DNA from: Macrostomum lignano
Taxonomy: Eukaryota
Direction of reading: 5' to 3'
Assembly: GCA_002269645.1 (NCBI GenBank)
Contig: NIVC01000543.1
Location: forward strand, 372,001 to 436,000
DNA length: 64,000 nucleotides
Positions 12,786 through 26,678 of the stretch are shown in pieces. A program made the position numbers and the translations under genes. The stretch's first letter is position 1. The number at the start of each line of letters is the position of its first letter. A model generated the notes under the pieces. The model had not been told where the DNA came from, did not search any database, and was given only the letters and a program-made list of their open reading frames with translations.

Positions 12786-14280
12786 TGGAGGCAATCAGGA
12801 CTAACTTTTGAAGTCTAGATTGTTAACTAGTTCAAATAGGTTGCAGCAGAAACTTTCTGAAAAGTTCAAATAAAGCTTTTTTGATGAATACACCCCACTA
12901 CAACAGCAATCAAAACATCAAGTTCTGCCTTGTGGCTTAAGGGTTTGGTTGGGTCAATTTAAAGATAAGTGAATCATTATTATTGTCTAGGCAAACAGAT
13001 AACAAGCATTTGAAAAAAACAATTTCATTTTAAAAGTTTTTATAATTTTTTTAAATTCTGAAAATTAAAATTAAAAATAAAAATTAGACCTACAAGGCAA
13101 GCTTCCTGAAATTCCCCAAAGGATGCAAAATCACATCTTTGCCAAGCCAAACAACAAAGGAAGCAGATTATATTAAGTTTACTCATATCTAATTGCATAA
13201 ATAGATCAACAGTATACAACTTTGGTAGCATAGATATACATAATGAAAACATTTTTGTCCCAGCATATAATGAAGTCCTATACTTTTCCCCCACTAGACC
13301 TGGCATACACTAATACATAATCTGAACCATAGGGCATATGTGTATTGTCATGGGTCATTTAGACAAAAAGTTTCTATGTAGCCACATAGGCAAATTTTTA
13401 CAATGCATTAGACATTATTTGCAAAAACCTTTATATTTGCTCTGATAGGGCCTAAAACTTAGTAACTATGTATTTCTAAAAAAGTGAGACACTTTTTGGA
13501 TTTGGCTTTCTTTGTATTTTGGACCCTTTTAGCAAATAATTTGGTTGAGTTTTCTGCTTTTTTGGTAATACTATTTATAGCGAAATATTGATACATGAAA
13601 AAATTTGTTTAAATGATTTATTATAAGCTTAAAAAACTGGACAGCTTGAATTTTATGCTTAAAAATAAACCTTTTTTATCTTTTTTCTACTACATAGTAA
13701 CTCTTCCATATGATTCTATGGAGTGTACATCAGGTGTGCATGCAAGGCCAATGCATGCCTGAATTTTTGGGCATATACTACATGATCTGAAGTGTGGTAT
13801 GCTAGGAAATCCTAGTATACATATTGCTTTCTAAACTATGGTCATGGAACCTATGATCCTACCTTTGGAGCTAGAATACTTTTTATCATACAGTAATATA
13901 TATTCATTATAGAATATTAATTAAATAAAATAGACCTTAAAAAAGAAAAAATGAATCTCAATTGATATTTAATGTTTTAGAACTAAAAAGGTTATTTGCA
14001 AAATAATTTTCAACTTTTTATTAACAAGTTCACATTCCATAATGTATTTTGATTTTTAGCCATTTAAAAATGGTTTTATAAAAAATGTTAATAAAATTTT
14101 TAACTACTTAACCAAATAATTAAAATGAGCACTTCTATGTTTATAATAACATATTAGCTTATCTATTTTTGTCTCTATATATAATACAAATAATATGTTT
14201 ATAATAACATAGCTTATCTATTTTTGTCTCTATATATAATACAAATCTTCTAATCTTCTAATCTTCTAATCTTCCACCTA

Positions 14281-14737
14281 TATCCACCTATACTAAATGT
14301 CTAAGATTTGTCTGTCTGTCTGTCTGTCAAGATGTAACACTCTACAGACTGCAATTCTTGACCAATTTTCTTCAAAGTTGCACCACTTGATCAGAATTGA
14401 CTGAATTGCAATTCCAATTGAGATTGCGCCATAACTTTTCTCTTTCCACTGTGTATGTTGTAAGCTTCAATACTGACTGCAGTGTGCAAGGGAGAGAAAA
14501 AATGCTCAGTGGCTGCATTTGTACATTCTGTGCATCTGTGCATCTGTACATACCCTGGCTGATTGGCGCACTGCAAAGAAAATTGCTATTTATAGATTTC
14601 ACTCAACTGTGCATTGGCTCTGCCTACGCACTGAGCAGCCTATCACTGCTGTGTATTTGACTGCAATGCCGAAGCATATATGGGTGACTTTCTCACCTTT
14701 CTATCAATAGGCAGAGTAGCTGCACTGTAGGCACTAG
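14281..14737 (+). mobile_element. Non-autonomous Helitron/DINE-like element, copy 1
   Basis: (TCTTCTA)n head, then TATACTAAAT, a (GTCT)n microsatellite, and an end at GCACTAG. A related copy lies at 19432-20466. Confidence 0.45.
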
Positions 14738-15377
14738 GACTAGGTTTAGGCTAGGCATAAGGTGCCAGGTTCAAGTCCACTTTGCTGCGAACAATTAAAA
14801 TTGAATTAATTAATTTTTATTTGTAACTTATGCATCAACTAATTGGAACATCTTTTGATTAATAGCAAGTGAAGCATGTTTTATTAAGTAGCAGTTAATT
14901 ATTTTTGCTAATTGGTACCAGCCACTAAGTAAATTTGATTTGTAAAAATTCGAGTATAACTGATCCCATCAATGGGTGTTGCCTAGCTCCATTTAAGTAT
15001 GAAATTGCTAAACTGCAAACAATGCTGCTAAACTGCTGAAGGCATTACTAAATCCTAAGTTGTGCAAGTCTGCCGATATGTATTGAATATTGATTAGTGA
15101 GTCGTACTAAATGCTGAGCAATTTTTTTTCAATTGTTGAAAGGATCATTGCAAGTTTGCTGAGGAGACTGAGGAGCCAGCTGAGAGGAGAACTGCAGACT
15201 GCTGGGGGGATGAATGAGAATTCTTAAGGGAACAGTATAAGGCTTCTCTCCAAAAATAGCTGCATTGTAGAGGCAAAGCAGATAGTCGGCAATTCGAGTC
15301 TGCATTGAAGCAGAAAATTTATCCCTATAACTTGTGACAATAATTATGTCTCCTCCCATGCAGATTGATCTAATCTG

Positions 15378-16135
15378 GAGAGCGGCACTAATCTGGGAGC
15401 AGTGCTAAACTGGGAGTGGTACTAATCTGGGGAACAGTGCTAATCTAGGGAGTGGTGCTAATCTGGGGGAGCAGTGCTAATCTAGGAGCAGTGCTAATCT
15501 GGGGAGCGGTGCTAATCTGGGGAGCGGTGCTAATCTAGGGAGCAGTGCTAATTTGGGGGAGTGGTGCTAATCTGGGGAGTGGTGCTAATCTGGGGAAATA
15601 GTGCCAATCTGAAAGAGTGGTGCTAATATAGAGGTAATAGGCTAACCTTCTGGGGTAGTAAGGCTAATGTATAGGAGTGTGGCTAATATGGGGGACTGGG
15701 GCTAATATGGGGGAGTGGGGCTAATATGGGGGAGTGGGGCTAATATGGGAGGAGTGGTGCTAATCTGGAAGATTGGTGCTAATATAGTGGGAATGGGGCT
15801 AATCTAGGAATGGGGATAATCTGGGGGAGTAGTGCTAATCTGCAAGGAGAAGTGCTAATCTAAAGGAGTAAAGCTAATCTGGATTAGTGGGAGTTATGGC
15901 TAATTTAGGCTAATTTATGGGAGTGCGGCTAATATGGGGGGAGTGGGGCTAATCTATAGAAGTGGAGTTAAAATGAGGGAGTAGTGTTAATTGGGGCGGA
16001 GTGCTAATCTGGAGGAGTAGGGCTAATCTTGGGAGTGGGGCTAATATTGGAGGAATGAGGCTAATATGGGGGAGTAGTGCTAATCTAGGCCTAGGGAAGT
16101 AGTGCTAATCTTGAGGAGTGGTGCTAAAATGGGGA
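15378..16135. repeat. Degenerate 17-19-bp minisatellite (GGGAGTGGTGCTAATCT)
   Basis: Dozens of imperfect copies are visible. Confidence 0.9.
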
Positions 16136-16300
16136 GAGTAGGGCAAATCTGATGGTAGTCCTTGTGTCAGGTTTATCGTGCTATTATTGCAAAATTTAGT
16201 ATTGCTATATAAAACAAGACTACGAGTGTAACTTATGCATAAAATAAGGAATGATAAAAAGAGAACTTTAAATGATTTGACATTGCAAAGTTACAAACAT

Positions 16301-16695
16301 TGGGAGTGGTGCTAATCAGGGTGGGAGTGGTGCTAATCAGGGTGGGAGTGGTGCTAATCAGGGTGGGAGTGGTGTTAATCAGGATTAGAGTGGTCCTAAT
16401 CAGGATGGGAGTGGTACTAATCAGGGTGGGAGTGGTGCTAATTAGGGTGGGAATGATGCTAATGAGGTGTGAGTGCTGCTAAACAGGGTGGAAGTGGTGC
16501 TAATCAGGGTGGGAGTGGCGCTAATGAGGTGGGAGTGGTGCTAATCAAGGTGAGAGTGGTGCTAAACAGGGTGGGAGTGGCGCTAATGAGGTGGGAGTGG
16601 TGCTAATCAAGGTGAGAGTGGTGCTAATCAAGGTGAGAGTGGTGTTAATCAAGGTGAGAGTGGTGCTAATCAAGGTGGGAGAGGGGTGCTAAACT
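16301..16695. repeat. 21-bp minisatellite (GGGAGTGGTGCTAATCAGGGT)
   Basis: Regular 21-bp period; it produces the spurious (VVLIRVG)n ORF. Confidence 0.93.
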
Positions 16696-17327
16696 GGGGA
16701 GAGTAGAGCAACTCTGATAATAATCCTCGTGTTAGGTTTAACGTGCAATTATTGCGAAATTTAATGTTGCAAAAACAAAAATAACTTATACAAAAATATA
16801 CAATAACTATAAGAGAACTATTAATTAACTGACATTGAAAAGTTACAAACATTAAGAAATGTAACTGTTTAAAGTTTTTTGTCTCAGTATAATTTGGTGT
16901 GAAACTGCTTAGAGATTTGCCACTGCAGAACTGCTTCAGATTAGTGGCATTTGCTCAGAGACTATGCAAAACTGCTTATAGACAAGCACTAAACTGCTAA
17001 GAAGCCACCCGGAGGGGGGCTAAATGGCTAGTCTAAATCTTTCTTTCTAATCTTCTAATCTTCTATTCTATTCTATTCTTCTTCTATCTATCTATCTTCT
17101 AAATATCTTCTACATACATGCGCAACTGCTGGCCGACCTGGCCGATCCGGCCACCGTAAATCGTGGCTGACCAGGGGTAAGTCGCAAAATTGAGTCAACC
17201 AAAAACAGAAAAACACAAGAACCAAGAAAGGTAAGAGGAAAGCAAAAGAAAGAGCAGTTCAGGGAAAATCGTGAAGCAAAAGAAAAACAATTCGCAAAAG
17301 AAGCAAACTAAGTTGTAAAAATAATCA

Positions 17328-17905
17328 GGTAAGTCGCAAAAAGGATCAGGTAAGTCGCAAAAGGGTTAGGTAAGTCGCAAAAGGATCAGCTAAGTCGCAA
17401 AAGGGTTAGGTAAGTCGCAAAAGGATTAGGTAAGTCGCAAAAGGGTTAGGTAAGTCGCAAAAGGATCAGCTAAGTCGCAAAAGGATTAGGTAAGTCGCAA
17501 AAAGGATTAGGTAAGTCGCAAAAGGGTTAGGTAAGTCGCAAAAGGATCAGCTAAGTCGCAAAAGGATTAGGTAAGTCGCAAAAAGGATTAGGTAAGTCGC
17601 AAAAGGATTAGGTAAGTCGCAAAAGGATTAGGTAAGTCGCAAAAAGGATTAAGTAAGTCGCAAAAAGGATTAGGTAAGTCGCAAAAGGGTTAGGTAAGTC
17701 GCAAAAGGATTAGGTAAGTCGCAAAAAGGATTAAGTAAGTCGCAAAAGGATTAGGTAAGTCGCTAAAGGGTTAGGTAAGTCGCAAAAGGATTAGGTAAGT
17801 CGCAAAAAGGATTAAGTAAGTCGCAAAAGGATTAAGTAAGTCGCAAAAGGATTAGGTAAGTCGCAAAAAGGATTAGGTAAGTCGCAAAAAGAAGCAACTA
17901 AGTCG
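17328..17905. repeat. 20-21-bp minisatellite (AGGTAAGTCGCAAAAGGATT), ~27 copies
   Basis: Directly visible tandem array. Confidence 0.93.
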
Positions 17906-18169
17906 CAATAAGAGGGAAGTAAGTCACAATCAGAGGCAATCAGGGGGTAGTAGGTGCAAGTGTGGCAGGAGAGCAAAAACAGAATAGAAGCCTTCAACAA
18001 CAGACAAGATCTTTGAAATCAGAAGCCCGCGTCAACAGTTTCCCATTGATTTCTTAAACTCTGGAGCAGGGGTCGGCAAACTCCGGCTCGCGAAGCCCCT
18101 CTATCTGGCCCTCGCCCCTCGGGTTCTTTGAAACTTCCTAACTACGAGTAGCAAGGTTGGTGTCTCTTC

Positions 18170-18845
18170 AACTCTCATCTCTCTCTTCTTCTCTACCTTG
18201 CCTCCCCTCTTCTCTCTCTCCCCCTTTTCCCTCTTCTCTCTCCTCTCATTTTTACTCTCCTCTCTTCTCCCCCTTTCTCTCTACCCTTTCTCCTCAATGC
18301 CCTCTTCTCTCCTCTTATCTTCAGCAAAAATATGTGCATATTTTCTTACTTCAAAGTAGAGGGAATAGAAGATTAGAGATAAGCAAACAGAGGAGAGGTG
18401 AGCGATGCGATGGGAGAAAAGATAGAAAAGGAGAGAAAAGCTGAGGGAGGAAAAAGAGATGAGAGAGAAGAGGAGATGAGAGGAAAGAGGAAAGAAAAGA
18501 TGATGGATGAGATCAGAAGAGAGGAAAGAGGAAAGAGGAGAGAGTAGATGAGAGAAGAGAGGATAAAGAGGAGATGAGAGAAGAGTGAAGAGAGGAGAGA
18601 TGAGAGAGTAGAAAAGAGAGGAGAGATAAGATGAGAGAGTAGAGTGGAGAGAGACGAGAGGGAAGATAAGATGAGAGAGTAGAGTGGAATGGAGAGAGAC
18701 GAGAGGAGAGATAAGAATGTAGAGAGGAGACAGAAGAGATAGGAGAGGAGAGGAAAGAGAGGAGAGAGGCGAGGAAAGAGAGAAGGGATAAGGGATGAGA
18801 GAGAAAAGAAAAAGAGGATGAGAAGATTGAGGAATGGAGAGAATT
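18170..18845. repeat. CT-rich then GA-rich low-complexity tract
   Basis: Polypyrimidine 18170-18320 followed by polypurine 18380-18845. Confidence 0.9.
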
Positions 18846-19431
18846 TGCAAAGGCCTCAAATCTTAGTTAACATGCATTACTCCCATCTTTGCCTTTTTCC
18901 TAACTGTTAACAAGTTTTTGTTTGAGCATGACTTCAAATTTAGAGTCTATGCAAAAATAGTTCCGGGAATTAGAATTCAGTGGTTTAAAAATCTGTGGGT
19001 TTTCACAGCTTGTATCTCTACTGGATTCGTATTCTGCATCTGATGAGCCATCTGAATCAGGGCTCTCATCTTCCATGCCAAATCGTCTAGCAAATCGTTC
19101 TTGAGCTATAGGTCACACTGTATTCACTTCACTTACTTCTGGACATTCAGTCATTCATGAATCATGACTTTTGTAGTATGCTCACTACACTGTACTTACA
19201 ATTTACTAATTGCTTCATGCCGCCACTAGATGACATACTGACTAGTTGTTATAAAAACGCAAAATCTGCACGCAGCACTAATTAGCTGGCGAGGCATTTA
19301 GCTTAAAAAATATGGTCATAGTTACTCCTGCCGTTTACCTAAAGTTTTTGCTTGGCTCTTATAGGTAAGTCGCATTTTTTTATCGAAAACCAAGTCGCAC
19401 GGCCAGCGTAATTTCAGAAGTTGCGCATGTA

Positions 19432-20466
19432 TGATCTTCTATCTTCTTCTATCTTCTAATCTATCTAAATATACTAAATCTCTAAGGTTTTAATCTAAAT
19501 ATACTAAATCTCTAAGGTTTGTTTGTATGCTTGAATGTCCATAACGCTCTAGAACTCGCATTTCTTGACCAATTTTGATCGCATTTTTTGCCAAAATCTT
19601 ATATTTGTCAAAAGATTTGTAATCAGCCTAGGATTGTATGGTTAAAATCTCTTTGATCTGCTTCAATGCTATAGGGATTAAATATTCGAAAAACATGCTT
19701 TTTTGCAAAGGTCAAGCAGCTCTTCAACTTGAAATGCGCTGTAAAAATGCTAGAGAAAAAACCGATTGACTGAATTCTGATTCTGATAAAGATTGTATCA
19801 CAACAAGTTGAAAATACTGTGCCAAGTTGAAAGACAGAAATTGCATAACCATATTGCTAACTTTAATTGAGACTGATGCTGATTGCCTGAGTATTTGATT
19901 ATGTCATAGCTGCTTTGTGTGACTTCACTCAAAGAGAATTTGTGTTAGTATTTGTGTAAAATTCTAAAGATCAACCCAATTGACCAATTTTGATCGCATT
20001 TTCACCAAAAGATTTGTAATTATCTGGAAAAAAAGACATTTAAAATTTATTTAGTCAGCTTTAATGCTAAAGGTTTAAATATTCGAAAAATGAGTTTTCC
20101 CATTGCTTTTAATGGGAGGGCAAACTAGGTTGAATTCTTGACTGGCTAAATTCCAATTCCAATTATGATTGCGCCATAACTTTTCTCTCTCCACTGTGTA
20201 AGCTTCAATATTGGTTGCAGTGTGCAAGGAGAAAAAATGCTCAGTGGCTGTGTGTGTACATTCTGACTCTGGCTCTGACTAGCAGACTCTATAGAAAATT
20301 GCTATTTATAGATTTTACTCAATCAACTGTGCATTGGCTCCACCTGCACGCCTACACACTGAGCAGCCTATCACTGCTATGTATTTTAACTGCAGTTCTG
20401 AAGCATATATGGCTGATTTTGTTGTCTTCCCATCAATAGGTGGAGCAGCCGCACTGTAAGCACTAG
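19432..20466 (+). mobile_element. Non-autonomous Helitron/DINE-like element, copy 2
   Basis: Same head (TATACTAAATCTCTAAGGTTTGTTTGT) and the same GCACTAGGACTAGGTTTAGGCTAGGC end as copy 1. Confidence 0.45.
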
Positions 20467-23239
20467 GACTAGGTTTAGGCTAGGCGTTATATAGCAAGGT
20501 ATTGCTATATAAAACAAGACTACGAGTGTAACTTATGCATAAAATAAGGAATGATAATAAGAGAACTTTAAATGATTTGACATTGCAAAGTTACAAACAT
20601 TGGGAGTGGTGCTAATCAGGGTGGGAGTGGTGCTAATCAGGGTGGGAGTGGTGTTAATCAGGATTAGAGACTAGAGTGGTCCTAATCAGGTTGCTAAGCA
20701 AATTTGATTTGTAAAAACTGCTTCGAGTACATGTATTACGAGTGTACTGATCCCATCAATGGGTATGAGTATATTGCCTAGCTCCATGAAAGGATGAAAT
20801 TGCTAAACTACAGACAATTCTGAAAAAAACTGCTAAAGGTATTGCTAAATGCTTAGTTTTCCAAGACTGTCAATATGTATCAAAAATTTATTAGTGAGAC
20901 GTAAAATGCTGAGCAAATTGCAGTTTGCAGAGGAGACTGAGGAGCCAGCCGAGAGGAGAACTGCAGGCTGCTGAGAGGATGAATGAAAATTGTTAATGGA
21001 ACAGTTGTAGACTGCAAATGGAATGACTGCAGACTGTTGATGGGAACTGCAGATTGTTGAAGGGATCATTGCAGATTGCAAAGGGGAAAAACTGCAAACT
21101 CTTAAGGTAGTTTCTCAAGACTTATGAGCGTATAGCTGCAAACTACTGAGAGGGAAAACTGCCGACTAATTGGGGGATAATGGCAGACTTCCGAGGGTAA
21201 CAAAAAACTATTGAGTTTTGAGTGAATATTAACTGTGGAAGATTAAGTACAAGTATTTGAGGGGTTACCGCGAGCTGGTAAGTGAAATATTTTTGCTTCG
21301 AGGACAATTATATGCCGCTGAGGGTATACATGCTTCATTTTAATAAAAGTTATAGAATGCAAAGTGGATGATAAATGCCGGCTGTTAAGAAATAATTGCA
21401 GTCTTTTTGAAGGATTAGATGCAGGGATAATTTCAGGTTGTTGTGGGGATAAATGCTGATTTATGGGGGTTAGGTTCAAATATGGAGATATGTGGTCATC
21501 TGCTCGCAGATTTTGTGGAAAGTGCTAGTGAATTATTGCTAAAGTGCTGGTGAACTATTGCTAAAGTAATGGTGAACCACTGTAATTATTTAATAAATTC
21601 TACTTTAAACAGAAGAAAATTCAATGCAAGAAAAACTGAAAGAATTACCATGTCAACCATAAAAGAAGCGGTCTGTCAAGCATAAAAGACTCAATGGGAA
21701 TTGCTAAGATGTGAGGGCTGGTATGGGAAATTGCTTTGATGTCAAGACTCATGGGAAAATTTCTAAGATCTCAAGACTTAGGGGGGAATTGCCATAATGA
21801 TGTAATTCTGGGGAGAATTGCTTTGATTTCAAGTTTTATTTGGGAAATCGCTGAGTTATAAAGGCTTATTGGAAAATTGCTTTGGTGTCAAAGCTCATGG
21901 GGATAATTACTGGAATGCTATGGCTGTTGGGGAATTGCCGAGATTGTTAGGGTAAGGTAAGGGTTAAACCAAAAACTAAATTGGCCTGTCAAACGTTAAA
22001 GACTTCATAGGGGAATGCCAAAGCTCATGGGAGATATCTGGATTATATTGTGGCTCAAGGCTTGGGGGAATTGCTGTGATTGCAGACTTAGGGATATTGC
22101 CTAAATTTTGTGGCTCAATTAGGAGTTTCTAAGATATTTCTGAGATATCAAGGCTTATTATAGAATCATTGACATGTCAACGCTCACAGGGGATCCCTAT
22201 AATGCTATATATAGAATTTGGCTTTTTGGGTATTGCTGAGATGCTAAGGTTCACATAAGACTAGATGAGATGTCAAAGGCTTATAAGGGAATACGAGTAG
22301 CTGAAATTCAAGAATTGTTTAGGGTAATTGTTGAAATACTATCATTCATGGTGGGACTTGCTGAAATGCTGTGACTTGGCAGGGCTAGGGTTAGTTTTCA
22401 ACCACAAAACTTATATGGAATTGCCAAGATAGGTTAGTTGTTAAATTTTAAGGCTTACTGAGGAAAGTTTTAGATTTCAAAAGCTCATGGTGGAATTGTT
22501 GAAATTCTTGGGCTAAGAGGGAGTTGCTGAAATGCTGTGACTTGACTGCAGGTTAAGGGTTATGGTTAGGGTTACGGTTCAAATATAGAACAATCGTCTT
22601 ATTAGCCATAAAGGATTCCTGGTGGAATTGCTAAGATTAAAGGCTCATGGGATGAATTACTTACAGATAAATGCTTTGGCTCTTTTGAGAATTGCTTACA
22701 GGCCCAAGCTTTTGGCAAAATATAGATTTCAAGGCATATGAGGCTTATGAGGCTTATGATGAGATGTCAAGGATTACTAGGGGAATTTTTGAGATGTCAA
22801 GGCTAACTGGGGGAATTGCTAAAAGGCCAAGACTTACTGGGGGGATTGCTGAGATGTTAAGGCTTACTGAGGAAATTTTTGAGATGCATCACAATAGGCT
22901 TTTTATTTATTGTCTGTGTATACTGGCTGACTTTTGACACTGAATTGAATTGCATCACAGTATTAAAAAAAACGCAGTGTGGAAGCATAGTATAAGACTT
23001 GATTTATATTATATAACCATATTGCTAACTTTAATTGAGACTGGTACTGACTTGCCTGAGAAATTGATTATGTCATAACTGACTTGATGTGAGTGTTAAA
23101 TTATAAGTGCTACAAATTCATCTATAAACTCAATGAGAGATAGCCTAGATATGAACAGACTAGACTACTAATGCAGCAACCTTAATCCAATCTTAGAAGT
23201 GTAAGTTTTTTATTGTAAGTTTTTAATAATAGACTAATA

Positions 23240-23860
23240 AACCAATCACTTGATAAGCCAAGGATTATTGCACTTGGTAAACCATAGATTATTGCACTTA
23301 AACCAAGGATTATTGTACTTGATAAGCTGAAGATTATTGCACTTAATAAACCAAGGATTATTAAACTTGATAAATCATAGATTATTGCACTTGATAAACC
23401 AAGGATTCTTGCACTTGACAAACCAAAAATTATTGCACTTGATAAACCAGAGATTATTGCACTTGATAAACTAAGGATTATTTCACTTGATAAGCCAAGG
23501 ATTATTGCACTTCATAAGCCAAGGATTATTGCACTCAATAAACCAAGGATTATTGCACTTGATAAGCTAAGGATTATTGCACTTGATAAACCAAGGATTA
23601 CTATACTTGATAAGCAATAAATCATTGCACTTGATAAGCTAAGGATTATTGCACTTGATAAACCAAGGATTATTGCACTTGATAAGCAATGACAAACCCA
23701 GGACTATTGAACTTGATAAACCATAGATTGTTGCACTTATAGATTATTGCACTTGATAAACCAAGGATTATTGCACTTGATAAGCAATAACAAACCCAGG
23801 ACTATTGCACTTGATAAACCAAGGATCATTGCACTTGATAAACCAAGGATCATTGCATTA
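23240..23860. repeat. ~24-bp minisatellite (TTGATAAACCAAGGATTATTGCAC)
   Basis: Tandem array of ~25 imperfect copies. Confidence 0.92.
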
Positions 23861-24159
23861 GCTTAGAAAGGGACTATTGCACTACCTGAAACATAGATTT
23901 TTGCACTAGATGAGAAGAGGGTTATTGTATTGGCTGAGACATGGATCATTGCACTACCTGAAAAAGTGATTATGGCATTAGTGGAGGGAATATTTGCACT
24001 AGCTATTTGCTGTCTAGTGGATGCTTGCTATTGTACGAGTATTTGGGAGTGGGGGTTGCTTACTATTGGAAAAATGCTTGCTCTCAAGGGAAGGGGTACT
24101 TGCTATTTGGGAGAGGGGTACTAGCTACATGTATCTATATGTATAGGATTCTTTCTATC

Positions 24160-24520
24160 TAAGAATTCTTGCTATTTAGAGGTGCTTGCTATCTGCAGGA
24201 TGCTTGCCTTCTTGGGGATGTTTGCTATCTAGGTGGATACTTGCTATCTGGCAGGATGCTTGCTATCTAGTGGGATGCTTGATATCTAGGTGGATGCTTG
24301 CTATCTTGGGGATGCTTGCTATCTAGGTGGATGCTTGCTATCTGAGGGATGCTTGCTATCTAGGGAATGCTTGCTATCTGGAGGATGCTTGCTATTTAGG
24401 AGATGCTTGCTATCTGGGTGGATGCTTGTTATCTGTGGTTGCTTACTCTTGGAGGGGGTGATGCTTGCTAACTAGGGGATACTTGCTGTTTGTGGGATGC
24501 TTGCTATCTGGGGATGTTTT
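24160..24520. repeat. 19-20-bp minisatellite (GGATGCTTGCTATCT core)
   Basis: Tandem imperfect copies. Confidence 0.9.
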
Positions 24521-26274
24521 CTTTTTAGGGGGAATGTTTCTTATCTTTGTGAAAGCTTTTTTTGTTGACTTTGTTTCTTTTAGAAAAAAAAGAGATTCAT
24601 AGCTAATATTTTTGCCCCTGACAATTTTACTTAAATAAGGTAATTTTTTAAACTAAAGAAGGAATTGGTTTTTTAAGAAAAATTTGTCCTAATTTTTTTC
24701 ATGAATAATTTTTGCTCCTTGCTTATTGGCACCAAAAAGGGGGCACTAGATTGCTAGTAATAATACTAGTAGTCAGTTTGGCTCAGGCAAAAAGCCTGTT
24801 TGGCTAGTATAATTCAATGTATTTATTAATAATTCAAGAGCCAAGGCTATTAGTATAAATGAAGTTATCAGTTTATAAAAAATGGTATTTAAAAGAATGG
24901 CTAAACAATTTTCTATAAATCTTAAAACAAAATTTAATTTTAACAGCTAACAAAATGAAAAATATTTAAATAAGGAATTATAAAACAGGTACTATATGAA
25001 CTTGATGGAGAGCAATTCTTCCAGTAAATGATTAAAAAAAGTTAGTTCCTATACTGGCTATAGCCATAGCATAGGTAGGCATATTTAATCAATCTCAAAT
25101 ATTAAAAATATAATACAAATAGATAGTGGGCAATATTACTATATTAGGCATTATGCATATTAGGAAAGAGGTTTTCTTATTTTTTATTTAAGATTTTTTT
25201 CTATGTAGCTTAAAGTTTAACCCCACTATAGCCATATCTATATGTAATCTATGTATGTCTATATGTATGTCTGTCTATATATATGTCTGTGTAGGCCTAT
25301 GTCTGTATATGTCTGTGTATGTGTATGTCTGTATGTCATATGTATTTCTATATCTATATATAGCAATATCCATATATATACGACCTAGGCTATATCTGTA
25401 GGCCCTACTGTAATGTAAACTGCGAATCTGCGATAGGGCCTAACTTAACTTGAACTGCCTTTGCAATATAGAATATAGGGAATAAGAGGTTTTAGCATGG
25501 GGAGATTTATCATAGAAATTGATTCATTAACCTAAACGTGAATAAAAGCATTACTTTCAAGATTAGGTTGATTGTTTCTAGCCCATACTGTCATACTGAT
25601 AATGTAAATAAATAAAGCTTGAATTGAATATAGAATAAAATTATAATTTTATTAAAGCTGCAACTAATTAATTAACCTAAAAATACTTGTTTAATTATTC
25701 TTTCCTGCTAATCCTAGGCCTATAATTATCATATAGTCAAAAGCAAAGGCAGCAGAACATAAGACCTTGCTCAGTTTGCAATCTGAGATTTTGTTTTCGT
25801 GGACTTTATTTGTCGCAATTGTCGGATTTAAATATAGCAAAAGATTTCCGGGAACTTGCTGGATAAATCAAAATTTTCTAAAGGATGTCATTAATTTATC
25901 AGTCATTTTTAGTTCATACTAGCAATCTAGTGCGGCCCCTCTTTGGGTGCCCAATAAGCAAGAAGCAAAAATAGTTCATGGAAAACAATTAAAGAAGCAC
26001 ATTTTCTTAAGACACCCGTGTCACAACGATAAAGCGGTAAACTACGTGCGCATCGTGGCTTACAAACCTACAGCCTACGCGTATAGTCGTAGCTTTACGG
26101 GTAGTTTGCCTCTTTCAATGCGGAACATATACTTTTACATAGGACGGGGAATAAGCGCTAATTTAAATGCGCATGATGACCCAGGATGCAAGGGTGCAAT
26201 CATCTGATATACTAGGCCACTAAGGCCAGCAATTGTTGCCTTCGAGTTATAGTAGAAAGAAAGCCTTTTCATCT

Positions 26275-26457
26275 TGTAATGAAGTCAAGTCGCTTTTTCT
26301 GGAGTAAACTCAGTTAAGGTAAAACCCTCCACGCTCTGTATATTTTATAGGCCAAGGGGCACGGTGGCCCGCGCATGTACATTACCGTACGTACTGCTAG
26401 CTAGGCTTTATAAACAAGCTCCACCCCTAACGCGGCCCCACCCCATAAGTCATGACA
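26275..26457 (-). repeat. 3' LTR (~183 bp), preceded by PPT GAGAGGGGAAAAG (26458-26470)
   Basis: The minus strand starts TGTCATGA and ends TCATTACA (inverted termini, 1 mismatch). It follows a purine tract downstream of the pol end (RRRRPPEKL). Confidence 0.8.
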
Positions 26458-26678
26458 CTTTTCCCCTCTCAGAAGAAGTCCGCTCCCTATCAATCACAGC
26501 TCCCGAGTTTCGAGTAGGTCAGCTTTTCAGGTGGCCGTCGCCGGCGTGCAGGCTGCAGTCCGCAGGGCGCGTCTGGCGGCTCCGGCTCCGGGTGCTCCGC
26601 GCCAGTCCCGGTCGAGTCCGCAGCTTCAGCTGGCTCGGTCCCGGCTGCTGGACCGTCAGGTTCGTCGCTCTCGACTCG

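Larger units (their letters stand above)
17117..19429. mobile_element. Non-autonomous DNA transposon with CATGCGCAACT TIRs and TA flanks
   Basis: TA|CATGCGCAACT at 17115-17127 and AGTTGCGCATG|TA at 19419-19431. The same TCTTCTA microsatellite flanks both sides. The motif GGTAAGTCGCA recurs near both ends and in the internal array. Confidence 0.6.

Noticed and set aside
9030-12811. Numerous alternative-frame and antisense ORFs over the NAV gene
   Set aside because: They are shadows of a GC-rich CAG/GCT-repeat coding sequence and carry no independent motifs.
16300-18859. ORFs (VVLIRVG)n and Leu/Ser-rich 95-192 aa
   Set aside because: Translations of minisatellites and CT/GA tracts.
19036-19075. 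CTGATGA as a hammerhead ribozyme core
   Set aside because: No GAAA follows the putative stem II, and there are no flanking stems.
21940-22580. Scattered TTAGGG/TAAGGG hexamers as an interstitial telomere
   Set aside because: Only 1-3 degenerate units at each spot; expected by chance in this G-rich repeat region. The same applies to TTTAGGG in the 62040-62325 array and CCCTAA in the 58900-59575 array.
21480-22900. Irregular GGGAATTGCT..GAGAT repeats as a repeat-spacer array
   Set aside because: The intervening sequences are related to each other; this is an old degenerate minisatellite.
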